Part shown: in pieces, positions 1 through 11,952 of the stretch | How the letters are laid out: each line of letters begins with the position of its first letter | Numbering within the stretch: the stretch's first letter is position 1 | From: Octopus vulgaris | Taxonomy: Eukaryota | Length of the DNA: 64,000 nucleotides | Direction: 5' to 3' | Assembly (NCBI GenBank): GCA_951406725.2 | Contig: OX597835.1 | Location: 124,001 to 188,000, forward strand | Translations under genes and position numbers: made by a program | The notes under the pieces: generated by a model | Databases searched by the model: none | What the model was told of the DNA's origin: nothing | The model's input: the letters and a program-made list of their open reading frames with translations, nothing else

Positions 1-854
1 ACTTCCAACCTTGATTTGTTCACTACATTCATCTGTCATTCCCCTCTCACCTACCCTTCCTGATTCTCTGTCCATATTCTCTCTTAAACTCACTTTCTTG
101 TATCTTGAGAGTATGCTCAAACACCTGATTGCCAACATCATTTTCTTCTTTCCAGTTACTCCCTCTCACTTTTATATTAATGCAGGGTGGCCATATATCT
201 CCTCTACAGTAAGACACCTGTGCCTGTCCTATCCCTGTCATAGCTTCTCAATGCTTAACATGAAGCCACGTCCTTCAACCCATCATAGTTGAAAGACTTT
301 TTTCTGTCTTGTGATTTACTTGACAACCTCATTAGTGCCATAATCACACACCCAAAAAATGAAAATGGTAAACACAGTAAAGTGGAAGGGCATCCAGCCC
401 TAGAAACCATGTCAAAACAGACATTGGTGCTTGAAATCCTCCGGCTTTTTGGATCCTGTCAAACCATCCAATCCACATCTTTGGAGGATGGGCAGAAAAT
501 GATGAGTATGATGATTTAAATTTAACCCTAATAATTCATTCATTGACCAATATACCCTAATATTTCATTTCATTCATTCAATTCATATTAATTAATATGA
601 ACAACAGGAATATTTTATATTGGGACAAGGCCTTAAAAGTTTGAAAGGGAGTAAGTGTAACTAAATCATCAGCCCTCAAGTAATACGGGTATTTTATCAA
701 CACAGGAGAAATAGATAAATCTGACACTGACAGGCTTTTACGCCACAATGTAAAGAAATATAACCAAATTCTCAATGCCATTTTGTCTGTCACTTGTAAA
801 TTTGAACAATTACATAAAAATTCTGGAAAATGATGAACATGAAGCAACACATAC

Positions 855-885
855 CATAATGCAGTGGTGTTTGGCCATCTGTTGC
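855..885 (-). CDS. ACBD6: ACBD6-like coding exon 6 (31-nt exon, second ankyrin repeat start)
   Basis: Pyrimidine tract and CAG acceptor; ATDGQTPLHY plus one base; donor G|GTATGT. The final exon presumably lies outside the window. Confidence 0.85.
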
Positions 886-2120
886 CTGACAAGAAAGGAA
901 TTAGAGAAAAGAAAACCAATTATATATTTATAGAATAATGAAATACTGAAATGTAAAGAAAAATCTAAGAATTTGATATTTTTGCAAACTGAATAAATCA
1001 AAAAAATACATTTACAGTATTGTATGAATAACCTCCCTTCTTTCTCATGATAGGTCTCTGGTTTCACTGAAAATGAAATCCCAAAAGTGATACGTTTATT
1101 TCTGAATATACTCTTTTACTTGTTTCAGTCATTTGACTGTGGCCATGCTGGAGCACCGCCTTTTAGTTGAGCAAATCGAACCCAGGGCTCATTCTTTGGA
1201 AGCCTATTACTTATTCTATCGGTCTTTTTTGCCAGACCACAAAGTTACAGGGACGTAAACACACCAGCATCGGTTGTCAAGCGATGTTGGGGAGACAGAC
1301 ACACAAACATGCATATATATATATATACATATGTACGATGGGCTTCTTTCAGTTTCCGTCTACCAAATCCACTCAAGGCTTTGGTCGGCCCGGTACCACA
1401 CAGCCACTCCAACCCTAAATAAGCTCCTAAAGTATTTATTTACAAAAAAATAATATAATTTATTGGTCACTTTCACCTTCTTTGAGGGCAGGGAAAACAT
1501 TTGATATGAAAAATAAAAATCTTCTTACAGGCACACATTTATATAGGTACAAACATGGCTGTGTGGTAAAGAAGTTTGCTTTACAACTATATGATTTTAG
1601 GTTCAATCTCAGTGCATGGCATATTAGGTAGCTTCAGACCAAGAAATGCCTCTGAGTAAAACTAGTAAGTGGAATCTGTACAAAACATGTTGTGTGCATA
1701 TCTGTGTGAATGTTTATTTTCTGTGATTGCATCTAAAAATCACTAAGCTATGGATGGTGTTATCTATCAGTAAGTCATCTGGTAGTTTTGCACTTTCAGA
1801 GGTGAACAGAATAAGAATTCTTTTATTTGAAAAATAGTTATGGGTTAATGGCAGGGAGGGCATCCAGCTGTAAAACAATGCCTTGATAATATGCATCATC
1901 TAACCCATGCAACCAAGGGAAAAAGAACAAATGAATGAATATATGTGTATGTATGTATACATATATTTGTTCTTTGCTTCCCTTTTTTTTTAACATCCCA
2001 TTTATCTAAGCTAACATAAATTAAACAAATGTTATTATGGCATTGTTTTATAGCTGAATACCCTTCCAGTTGCTAAACCATACCTATTTACCAAGTAAGC
2101 GATCTTTTAATTACACACAT

Positions 2121-2181
<61 letters not shown>

Positions 2182-2338
2182 GATTGTGAGCTGAATACCC
2201 TAACCACTAAGCCATGTGCTTTAAAAATATAAAGCGTATACAAAATATGTATTAAGAATATAGAACTCAAAAATCTTTAAATCTTCAGGTATTGCAAAGT
2301 GGATAAAACCTCGACAATATATTTTTCAGACTACCCAC

Positions 2339-2428
2339 CTTAACATTGACATCACAGTTCCATTTCAACAAAACATCAACAATGTCTTCATAACCACGGT
2401 CACAGGCCCAGTGAAGCAATGTCATACC
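2339..2428 (-). CDS. ACBD6: ACBD6-like coding exon 5 (ankyrin repeat)
   Basis: TTGCAG acceptor; GMTLLHWACDRGYEDIVDVLLKWNCDVNVK (ACBD6-type LLHWACDRG); donor AAG|GTGGGT. 90 nt. Confidence 0.92.
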
Positions 2429-2749
2429 CTGCAATTAAGATAAGCACAGAAGAAATTAAGATATGTCATAGGAAATATTACTTATAAGACTTTTGAAAAA
2501 GATTTTTGTGTTATATAACATCACAGTCCTCACAAATGATTTGGTCACCGTATATTCTTCCTTCCTTCTTACAATCTACTTTCCTTGAGAAAGGGCTCAA
2601 AATACACCAAGCTAGGTCCATCTATAGAAAAGAGGAACCACAGGTGCAGCACACAGTGGTTACACCTGGTGAGACACAGAAGTCTCCAGGAGGCCCAGTG
2701 TTCAAAAGGTGCTTTTAACATGCCAGTTCTGTGACAACAACCACAGCTA

Positions 2750-2935
2750 TGCTTGCTCTTGGCTTGACAGGTCTTCTTGAGCATAGCATATCACCAAAGG
2801 TTTCGGTCACTAGTCACTGCCTCTGTGAGGTCCAACACTTGAAGATCATGCTTCACCACTTTATCCCATGTCTTCCTTGGTCTCCCGCTTCCCCAGCTTC
2901 CTTCCACTGGTAGAGATCGGCACTTCTTCACACAA
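2750..2935 (-). mobile_element. RTE-clade LINE C-terminal fragment
   Basis: [29 protein letters not shown]...DRNLW carries the RTE C-terminal GRP.KTW...DR..W motif. Confidence 0.75.
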
Positions 2936-3098
2936 CGACAAGCTTTTTTCAGTTTTTGTCTACCAAAATCCATTCACAAAGCTTTGGGTCAGCCAGAGGC
3001 TATAATAGAAGACACTTGCCCAAGGTGCCATACAGTAAGACTGAACCCGGAACTATGTTGTTGGGAAGCAAGCTTCTTACCACATAGCCATGCCTGTG

Positions 3099-3772
<674 letters not shown>

Positions 3773-4808
3773 TTGTCCTGTTCCTTGGTTTGTGTCTATG
3801 TTTTTCGTCTCTCTATGTGTTCGACGTCTTTTTGGTGTCCTGTACACATATATGCGTGTATATGTACATGTAGAGGTAGGTACGTACATATATGTTTATA
3901 TATATGCATATGTTCTATTTTATTAACATATTATACGACTAAACGCACGCACCCTATTAAGTAAGATTGTTCTGTTTATCAAGTTAGCCTTGATATTAAC
4001 TCTCACGCGACTCTGCATCTTTCTTTCTTTCTCTCCCATTCCCTTTTTCGTCCTTTTTCCCTCACTTAACTTGTCTCTTCCTCTCTCTCTCATTCTTCAT
4101 TCTCTCTCTCCCCCTCACCATTCTTCATGGTCTCCTCGCACCATTCCCCTTCTTCTCTCTCTTCCTCTTGCTCCTCCTCCCCCATTCCCGTCGTCCATCT
4201 GCGACGATACTTCCGTCGTAACTGCTATTCTGTCTTTTCTCGCCCGCCTTCTAAGGCCACTGGTCGACATTCTTTCTCTCTCGTCGTCCACTATAATCCA
4301 GCGTTTGCATTACTTTTTTCATCTGGCGTAAACAGCCCTTCTTATCTTGTTCTCCTTGTCCTGTCTCTCACTGTTATATATTTATTTTTCAACTGTTTAT
4401 ATATAATTTTTTTTTTTACTGTTTATATGTTTGTACTGTCGTTACCGTCTTGCTTTTTTTACCATTTTTTACCCCTCTGCGAAAAGATCTCAGAATTTTA
4501 ATTGATTTGCTTTTCGCAGGAAGGAAGTTTCTTCGAAGTATACGTCTCGCTTTTATCCTTCGAAACGTAGAGTAGATGAAACCTTAGCGACTGAAGAAGG
4601 GGATTTTTCGTTGTGCTTATTGTCCTGTATCTCTTTTTTTCTTTTTTGCTTGTCCTGTTCCTTGGTTTGTATCTATGTTTTTCGTCTCTCTATGTGTTCG
4701 ACGTCTTTTTGGTGTCCTGTACACATATATGCGTGTATATGTACATGTAGAGGTAGGTACGTACATATATGTTTATATATATGCATATGTTCTATTTTAT
4801 TAACATAT
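3773..4808 (+). mobile_element. Non-coding element with 159-bp terminal direct repeats inside (TA)n; Penelope-like pseudo-LTR architecture suspected
   Basis: 3773-3931 and 4650-4808 are identical except for one base seen. CT-rich interior, a hairpin at 4477-4519, and GAAA...CTGAAGA motifs near 4562-4597. Confidence 0.55.
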
Positions 4809-4809
4809 G

Positions 4810-4840
<31 letters not shown>

Positions 4841-5006
4841 GTATATATATATATGTATATATAAAATATTATTAGAGACAAAACCACTATTTTGCAAAAC
4901 AAACAAGGAAAGACTTAATCAATACATAAAATTTTAATAAATAATCCTAAATCTGATTTTTTTCCCTGTAAAGTTGGATTTATTCCCTAATATTTATTAT
5001 TATATG

Positions 5007-5065
<59 letters not shown>

Positions 5066-5071
5066 GTATAT

Positions 5072-5437
5072 ATGATTTTGATTTTTGATTTGATTTTGAT
5101 TTTTCCAGTTTCAGCTAATGAGCTGTGGCCATGCTGGGGCACCGCCATTTGGTTTGCTACACGGGTTTACCTCACGGATGCTTTTTAGCAAACGCCATCT
5201 GATGCATGAGAGAGTTCGATGCAGCTGCCCTCATCTGCACCTCCTGCCGTGAAGTTGGTTCATCCGGGACACCTGACAGGAAGAGATCCAGTCCTACTTT
5301 AAAGACATCCGCATCTACACCATGCAGGTCCCTCAGGTTCTTCGGGAGGACATTGAAGAGCCGTGGGCCTCTGAAGCCAGGGCTATCACAATATCTTGTC
5401 CTACACCTTGATGGCAAATTTGGAGTCCTTGGTACTA
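5072..5437 (-). mobile_element. 5'-truncated CR1/L2-group LINE 3' end
   Basis: [31 protein letters not shown]...VPDEP; the 3' UTR and tail are nearly identical to the copy at 5954-7441; flanked by (TA)n. Confidence 0.85.
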
Positions 5438-5597
5438 TATATATGTATATATATATGTATATATATATATATGTATATATATATGTATGTATATATATAT
5501 GTATGTATATATATATATGTATGTATATATATATATATGTATGTATATATATATATATGTATGTATATATATATATATGTATGTATATATATATAAG

Positions 5598-5682
<85 letters not shown>

Positions 5683-5742
5683 AAAATGAGATAGGGGTTG
5701 AAAATTCAACCCACCATGGGATAACATATATCCAATATACTG

Positions 5743-5856
<114 letters not shown>

Positions 5857-5917
5857 ATATATATATATATGTGTGTATATATATATATATATATGTGTGT
5901 GTATATATATATATATG

Positions 5918-5953
<36 letters not shown>

Positions 5954-5957
<4 letters not shown>

Positions 5958-7441
5958 TGATTTTGATTGATTGATTTTGATTTTTCCAGTTTCAGCTAAT
6001 GAGCTGTGGCCATGCTGGGGCACCGCCATTTGGTTTGCTACACGATTTTACCTCACGGATGCTTTTTAGCAAACGCCATCTGATGCATGAGAGTTCGATG
6101 CAGCTGCCCTCATCTGCACCTCCTGCCGTGAAGTTGGTTCATCCGGGACACCTGACAGGAAGAGGTCCAGTCCTACTTTAAAGACATCCGCATCTACACC
6201 ATGCAGGTCCCTCAGGTTCTTTGGGAGGATATTGAAGAGCTGTGGGCCTCTGAAGCCCAGGCTATCACAATATCTTGTCCTACATCTTGATGGCAAATTT
6301 GGAGTCCTTGGTACTACGCAGTGACGCCCGGTTCTGGCATTTGTGTGACTCTCGATGCCAAAGTTTGGGACAAGTCCTTCCAGGATCTTCTAGATATGTA
6401 TTATGGCATATCTTTCTCGCCTACGCTCCAGGGAATAGAGCTTTAATCTCTTGAGTCTTTCCCAGTAGCTTATATGCTGCACAGAGGCTATCTTCTTCGT
6501 GTAGCTTCGTTGGATCGCCTCAAGTTCTGTGATCATCTTGACACTGGATGGTGACCATAGCTGAGAGCAATAGTCAAAGTGGCTTAGGACAAGTGTCTTC
6601 CAGAGGACCATCATGGTTTCTTGTTCTCTTGTTCTAAAGGTTCTAAGAATCCATGCAGCCAGCCGTCTACATTTCATTGCCAGTTTAGCAACATGTACAT
6701 GAAAGGTCGCGTCATCACTCATCACTGATTGTGCCTCTGGGATTGCAATCCCTCCGGGTCCAGTGTATTCATTGGGTATTGCATTCAGTTTTGCATGCTG
6801 ATAATATAAAGCTTGAAACTTTTCAGCATTGAACTGCATGCTATTCTTTTCAGCCCACTTGTATATTTCGTCCAGCTCACATTGCAGGTGCTTAGTGTCT
6901 TCAGGGTTCTGTATTGCCTGTGAGACTTTTGTATCATCTGCATAACTTGTGATCGTGGCTCTCTGCGTGGCTGAGGGCATGTCTGAGAGGGCCATTATGA
7001 ACAGTAGTGGTCCCAAAACAGTGCCCTGCGGAACACTGCTCACTATTTGCGTGTTAATGGAAGTGGCCCCATTGGCTGTTACCACCTGACTTCTATTCTT
7101 CAGAAAGTCATGAAGCCATTCTCCCAATTTTCCAACTATGCCAAGATCACGCAGTTTGTGACATATCATTCCATGATCGACTTTATCAAAGGCCTTTGCA
7201 AAGTCGAGATATATGACTTCCACATTTGAGTGGTTGAGCAGTTGTTTCAGCACCCAGTCATAGTGTTGTAGGAGCTGAGTTAAGCAGCTTCTTCCTGGTC
7301 GGAAACCGTGTTGGGTGTCAGGCAGCAAGTCATTTTCTTCAAGGAAGGTGATTAGTTTCCTTCTGACTATTCGTTCCATGACCTTGCTGATGTGTGAGGT
7401 TAGGGAGATAGGTCTGTAGTTCTTGGCCTCCGCTCTGCTAC
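5954..7441 (-). mobile_element. 5'-truncated CR1/L2-group LINE with reverse transcriptase domain
   Basis: ORF 6390..7379 has RT motifs QHGFRPGRSC, YLDFAKAFDKV, VPQGTVLGPLLF and YADD; premature stop; flanked by (TA)n. Confidence 0.93.
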
Positions 7442-7442
7442 C

Positions 7443-7482
<40 letters not shown>

Positions 7483-7596
7483 TATATATATATCAAAATA
7501 AGCAACAAGGATACCTAGAGGATATCCTGCATTACCTCTGGATATCCTTGTTTCTTATTTTGATTTTAATCACCTTACTTTGAAATTGTATGGATA

Positions 7597-7653
<57 letters not shown>

Positions 7654-7655
<2 letters not shown>

Positions 7656-8043
7656 CTCTTTTACTTGTTTCAGTCATTTGACTGTAGTCATACTGGAGCA
7701 CAGCCTTTAGTCAAGCAAATCGACCCCAGGACTCATTCTTTGTAAGCCTAGTATTTATTCTGTCTCTTTTGCCAAACTGCTAAGTTACGGGGACGTAAAC
7801 ACACCAGCATCGGTTGTCAAACGATGTTGGGGAGACAAACACAGACACACACACACATATATATACATATACATATATACAACGGGCTTCTTTCAGTTTC
7901 CGTCTACCAAATCCACTCACAAGGCTTTGCTCGGCCTGAGGCTATAGTAGAAGACACTTGCCCAAGGTGCCACGCAGTGGGACTGAACCTGGAAACATGT
8001 GGTTGGTAAGCAAGCTGCTTACTACACAGCCACTCCTACGCCT
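7654..8043 (-). mobile_element. Full-length tRNA-derived CORE-like SINE (abundant family; other copies near 1110, 2940, 9990, 11347, 30730, 35020, 41117, 41657, 49345, 52770, 61495)
   Basis: Head with A/B-box-like motifs (TGGCTGTGTAG; GGTTCAGTCC), CORE-like CACCTTGGGCAAGTGTC, an internal microsatellite and a tail shared with the LINE. Confidence 0.85.
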
Positions 8044-8050
8044 ATATATA

Positions 8051-8094
<44 letters not shown>

Positions 8095-8300
8095 AAAATG
8101 AGATGAAAAGGAATAAACAATTATCTTCTGAAGTTCATTAGCTTACAGCTGTTTCTGTACATCTTTGAAGTTGAGGTAAATCGTTAGCTTTGAATACAAT
8201 AAAGAAACCAAACTACATGTAATGAATTACATTTTTCTAGTTGTGTGTGTGTGTGTGTCTTCAGGTGTATGTAATGTATGTGTATGTAATTAATACTTAC

Positions 8301-8492
8301 ATCATTATCACAGTCGTTCACTTTGGCTCCGGTCTCCAGAGTTTTCTGCAATTCTATAGTTTTACCTTCCTTGCACATATCAAAAATTGTCCAACTGCCA
8401 ATCTCACTGTCAACATCCATCTTGGCACTGCATAGCTTGCTCAGTGTGCGCCGACTCATGCGAGTGAAAGGGTCTTCGAATGAATCTTCATC
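8301..8492 (-). CDS. ACBD6: ACBD6-like coding exon 4 (linker and start of ankyrin region)
   Basis: TTTAG acceptor; DEDSFEDPFTRMSRRTLSKLCSAKMDVDSEIGSWTIFDMCKEGKTIELQKTLETGAKVNDCDND; donor GAT|GTAAGT. 192 nt; overlaps ORF 8184..8459. Confidence 0.9.
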
Positions 8493-8799
8493 CTAAATAA
8501 TATTTAGAAAGAGAAATACAGAAAAGTTTGATTTCAGTTTTACATGATAAAACGCACTCCATCACACAGTAAATCAGTTGGCAATAGGAAGGGGATCCAA
8601 CAATTAAAAACTATGTCCCCAAAATTAATGGGGACGTGAATTCTGCAAACCAGAAACAATTGCAACTTGTCCAGGAGTGCAGTAATCAACATCATCATTA
8701 TCAACTCTTAACATCCATCTTCAGGGTAACATGGGTTGGACAGTTTGGCAGGATATGAGTCAAGCTCCAATATCTTCTTTGGCATAGTCTCTACAGCTG

Positions 8800-8836
<37 letters not shown>

Positions 8837-9130
8837 GTTTAACGTCAGCTTTCCATGCTAGCATGGGTTAGACGATTTTGACTGAGGGCTGGCGAACCAG
8901 ATGGCTGCACTAGGCTCCAGTCTTGATCTGGCAGAGATTCTACAGCTGGATGCCCTTCCTAATGCCAACCACTCCAAGAGTGTAGTGGGTGCTTTTTACG
9001 TGCCACCGGCATGGGGGCCAGTCAGGCAGTACTGGCAATGACCTTGCTCAAATATTTTTACACATGCCACTGGCACAGGTGCCAGTAAGGTGAAGTTGGT
9101 AACGATCACGCTCGATTGGTGCCCTTTTAC
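8800..9130 (-). mobile_element. RTE-type 3' UTR/tail element with (GAT)n tail (other copies near 18525, 29813, 38480, 47590, 53070, 57612, 60425)
   Basis: GCACCCACTACACTC...GTTAGGAAGGGCATCCAGC...CCCATGCTAGCATGGAAAG...GTTAAACGATGATGAT; the same tail ends the RTE LINE at 50590-52755. Confidence 0.8.
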
Positions 9131-9199
9131 ATCCTTCCTAATGCCAATCACTTTGCAGAGTGTACTAGGTGCTTTTTTTGTGGCACTACTACTTGGGAG

Positions 9200-9720
9200 A
9201 TTACCAAGTAACTTTGAATAAAATCTCATACGAGATCGATTACCTTGAAAAGGGTCACACCATGACAGGACTGTATTATTCTCAGCTACTGAAACGCCTC
9301 CGAGAAACAATCAAAGAAAAAAGGCCGGGAATGTTCACCAGAGGAGTCCTTTTTCATCACGATGATGCTCCAGCCCATACCTCAGTGGTTGCTATGGCAA
9401 CAATTCATGATTGTGGATATGAACTTGTTCCCCAGCTGCCTTATTTGCCAGACTTAGCCCCCTCTGACTTTCACCTATTTCCAAAAATGAAAAAAACCCT
9501 GGCTGGTTGCCATTTTGCCAGTGACAATGATGTCATGGACGCTGTAGGAATTTCTTGGACTCCCAAACAAAAGAGTTCCTCTATGCCGGGATAATGGCGC
9601 TTCAGCACCGCTGGAGAAAGTGTTCAGTCATCGAGGGGGACTATGTTAAAAAATAAATCATCAGAAGTCTTGTACTATGTTTTGTTTTTTTGAGGCTCAA
9701 GACTTTTCATACACCCCGCC
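9200..9720 (+). mobile_element. Mariner transposase C-terminal remnant
   Basis: FHHDDAPAH and PYLPDLAPSDFHLF match the mariner YSPDLAPSD motif; frameshifted end. Confidence 0.88.
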
Positions 9721-10183
9721 TACAGGGCAGAGGGGAGACTTTTGTCCAAACACACACACACGCAAAAATACCTTTCTAGTGTTGATGCCACGATAATATG
9801 TACCCAGTTCATGTTGTAGAGAGAGTTAATGTTAGGCAGGGTACTGAGATGTTATAAATCAAACCAAAAGATAGAATTCACACAACAACAATCGGTATTT
9901 TCTCAGTTACTGAATGTGCTACATGAACACATGTGGTGAGTCACTATGAAACTTTTTCAACCCATGCCAACATGGTTATGTTGCTCTTTTATCTTTCACT
10001 TGTTTCGGTCATTAGACTGAGGCCATGCTGGGCACTGCTTTAAAGAATTTTTAGTTTACTTTATTTGTGTTTTTTTTAAGCCTGGTACTTATTCTATCGA
10101 CCTCTTTGCTGGACTACTAAGTTACAGGGACATAAACACAAACACAACATACATAGATATGTATATAGATATGTGTATGTATG

Positions 10184-10220
<37 letters not shown>

Positions 10221-10636
10221 CACACACACACAATGAGGTTCTTTCAGTTTCTGTCTACAAAATCTGCTCACAAGGCTTTGGTCGACCCAAGGCTTTAGCA
10301 GAAGACACCCAGAGTACCAGGCAGTGGGACTGAACCCAAAACCATGTAGTTGGAAGCAAGCTTCTTACCACACCATTACACCTGTGCTTGTAAAATTACA
10401 AGCGACAACTCTTGGAACTTATAAATTCAAGCTAATGGAATCTGCCTTACCTTTTATTTATTCTTTAATTTTTATCGACACAGGCATGGCTGTGTGGTGA
10501 GAAGTTTGTTGGTTCCTGTCAAACTGTCCAACACATGCAAGCATGGAAAACAAACACTCAACAACGATCATGATGAAGATACCTGTGCAACTTCAGAAAA
10601 CCAACTTTGCAATGAAAAAGAGATTGAAGAGCTTAC

Positions 10637-10739
10637 CTTGACTGCATCTTCCCAGTTGGGATACAACTTTTGCACTTCACTAATATATTCAGACATTGCC
10701 TCCTTTTTGTTCATTCTACCCAAACTTTTCCATGCTTCC
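10637..10739 (-). CDS. ACBD6: ACBD6-like coding exon 3
   Basis: TTTCAG acceptor; the first G completes TGG; EAWKSLGRMNKKEAMSEYISEVQKLYPNWEDAVK; donor AAG|GTAAGC. 103 nt, phase matches exon 2. Confidence 0.92.
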
Positions 10740-11068
10740 CTGAAAAGTAGATTACCAGAAATTACTTGTGGCGGTATTATTATTATTACTATTACAACTA
10801 CTACTACTAAGGCGATGAGCTGGTGGTATCATAAGCATGCTAGGCAATATGCTTCGTGTTCTTAGTTCAAATTCCACTGAGGTTGACTTCTTTTAGTCTA
10901 TCTAACACATCCATTCACAAAGCTGAAACAATAGAAAATACTTACCCAATATGCCATGCAGTGGGACTGAACCTAAAAACTGCATAGTTGGGAAGCAAAC
11001 TTCTTAACCACACAGCCATGCCTATCCTGCAAGTATGAGGAAATCAAACAATGGCATGAAATACTTAC

Positions 11069-11133
11069 CATTTTTGTTTCGCTTCAAACTGCAGCATTCC
11101 TGGTTTTGGTGTATGACACTGGCCTTCTTTTGC
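11069..11133 (-). CDS. ACBD6: ACBD6-like coding exon 2
   Basis: Poly-T tract and TAG acceptor, then AKEGQCHTPKPGMLQFEAKQK(W), donor TG|GTAAGT. 65 nt; continues the ACBP motif A..G.C..PKPG.....K.KW. Confidence 0.92.
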
Positions 11134-11894
11134 CTATAAAAAAAAAAGATTCCAGAAACATTGGAATATTGAGTGAAATTAATCAGGACATCCAAGAGAT
11201 ATTAATATAGCATTATTACTGTTGTTTTTACGTCCCCTTTTTCTATACTGGCATGGATTAGGAGAGATCACCTGAGGTAGTAATCTATGGTTGGATGGAT
11301 GCCCATTCTGACACGAATCCATGAATGAAGCCAATTGTGTGTATATCTCTTTTACTTGTTTCAGTCATTGGACTGTGGCCATACTGGGGCACTGCCTTGA
11401 AGAATTTTAGTCCAACATATTGACCTCAGTACTTATTATTTTTTGTAAAGCCTGGTACTTATTCCATCAGTCTCTTTTGCCAAACAACTGAGTTACAGGG
11501 ATGTAAACAAACCAACACCAGTTGTCAAGTGGTGGTGGTGGTGGTAGGGGGCAAAGACACACACATACATATATATATATATATACAATAGGCTTCTTTC
11601 AGTTTCTGTCTACCAAATCCACTCACAAGGCTTTGGTCAGCCCAAGGCTATAGTAGAAGAATTTGTGAGATGTGACAGCAGAGAAGAACACAGAAAGTTT
11701 GTGAGGAACCCATTGACCCAATTTGCTGATGTCGATGAAGGTGCCTTGAACTCAGGAACCATGTGGTTGGGAAGCAAACTTCTTACCACATAGCCATGTT
11801 TGCCTGTGTATGTGTGTGCAACTGATATCATGTGACGGTTGTAAACAAGCAACTCTGTCATACAAATGTTTATCTCTCTCTCTCTCTCTCTCTC

Positions 11895-11944
<50 letters not shown>

Positions 11945-11952
11945 TATATATA

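Noticed and set aside
8184-8459. Stand-alone 91-aa ORF
   Set aside because: It is ACBD6 exon 4 read through the donor at 8300 into intron sequence.
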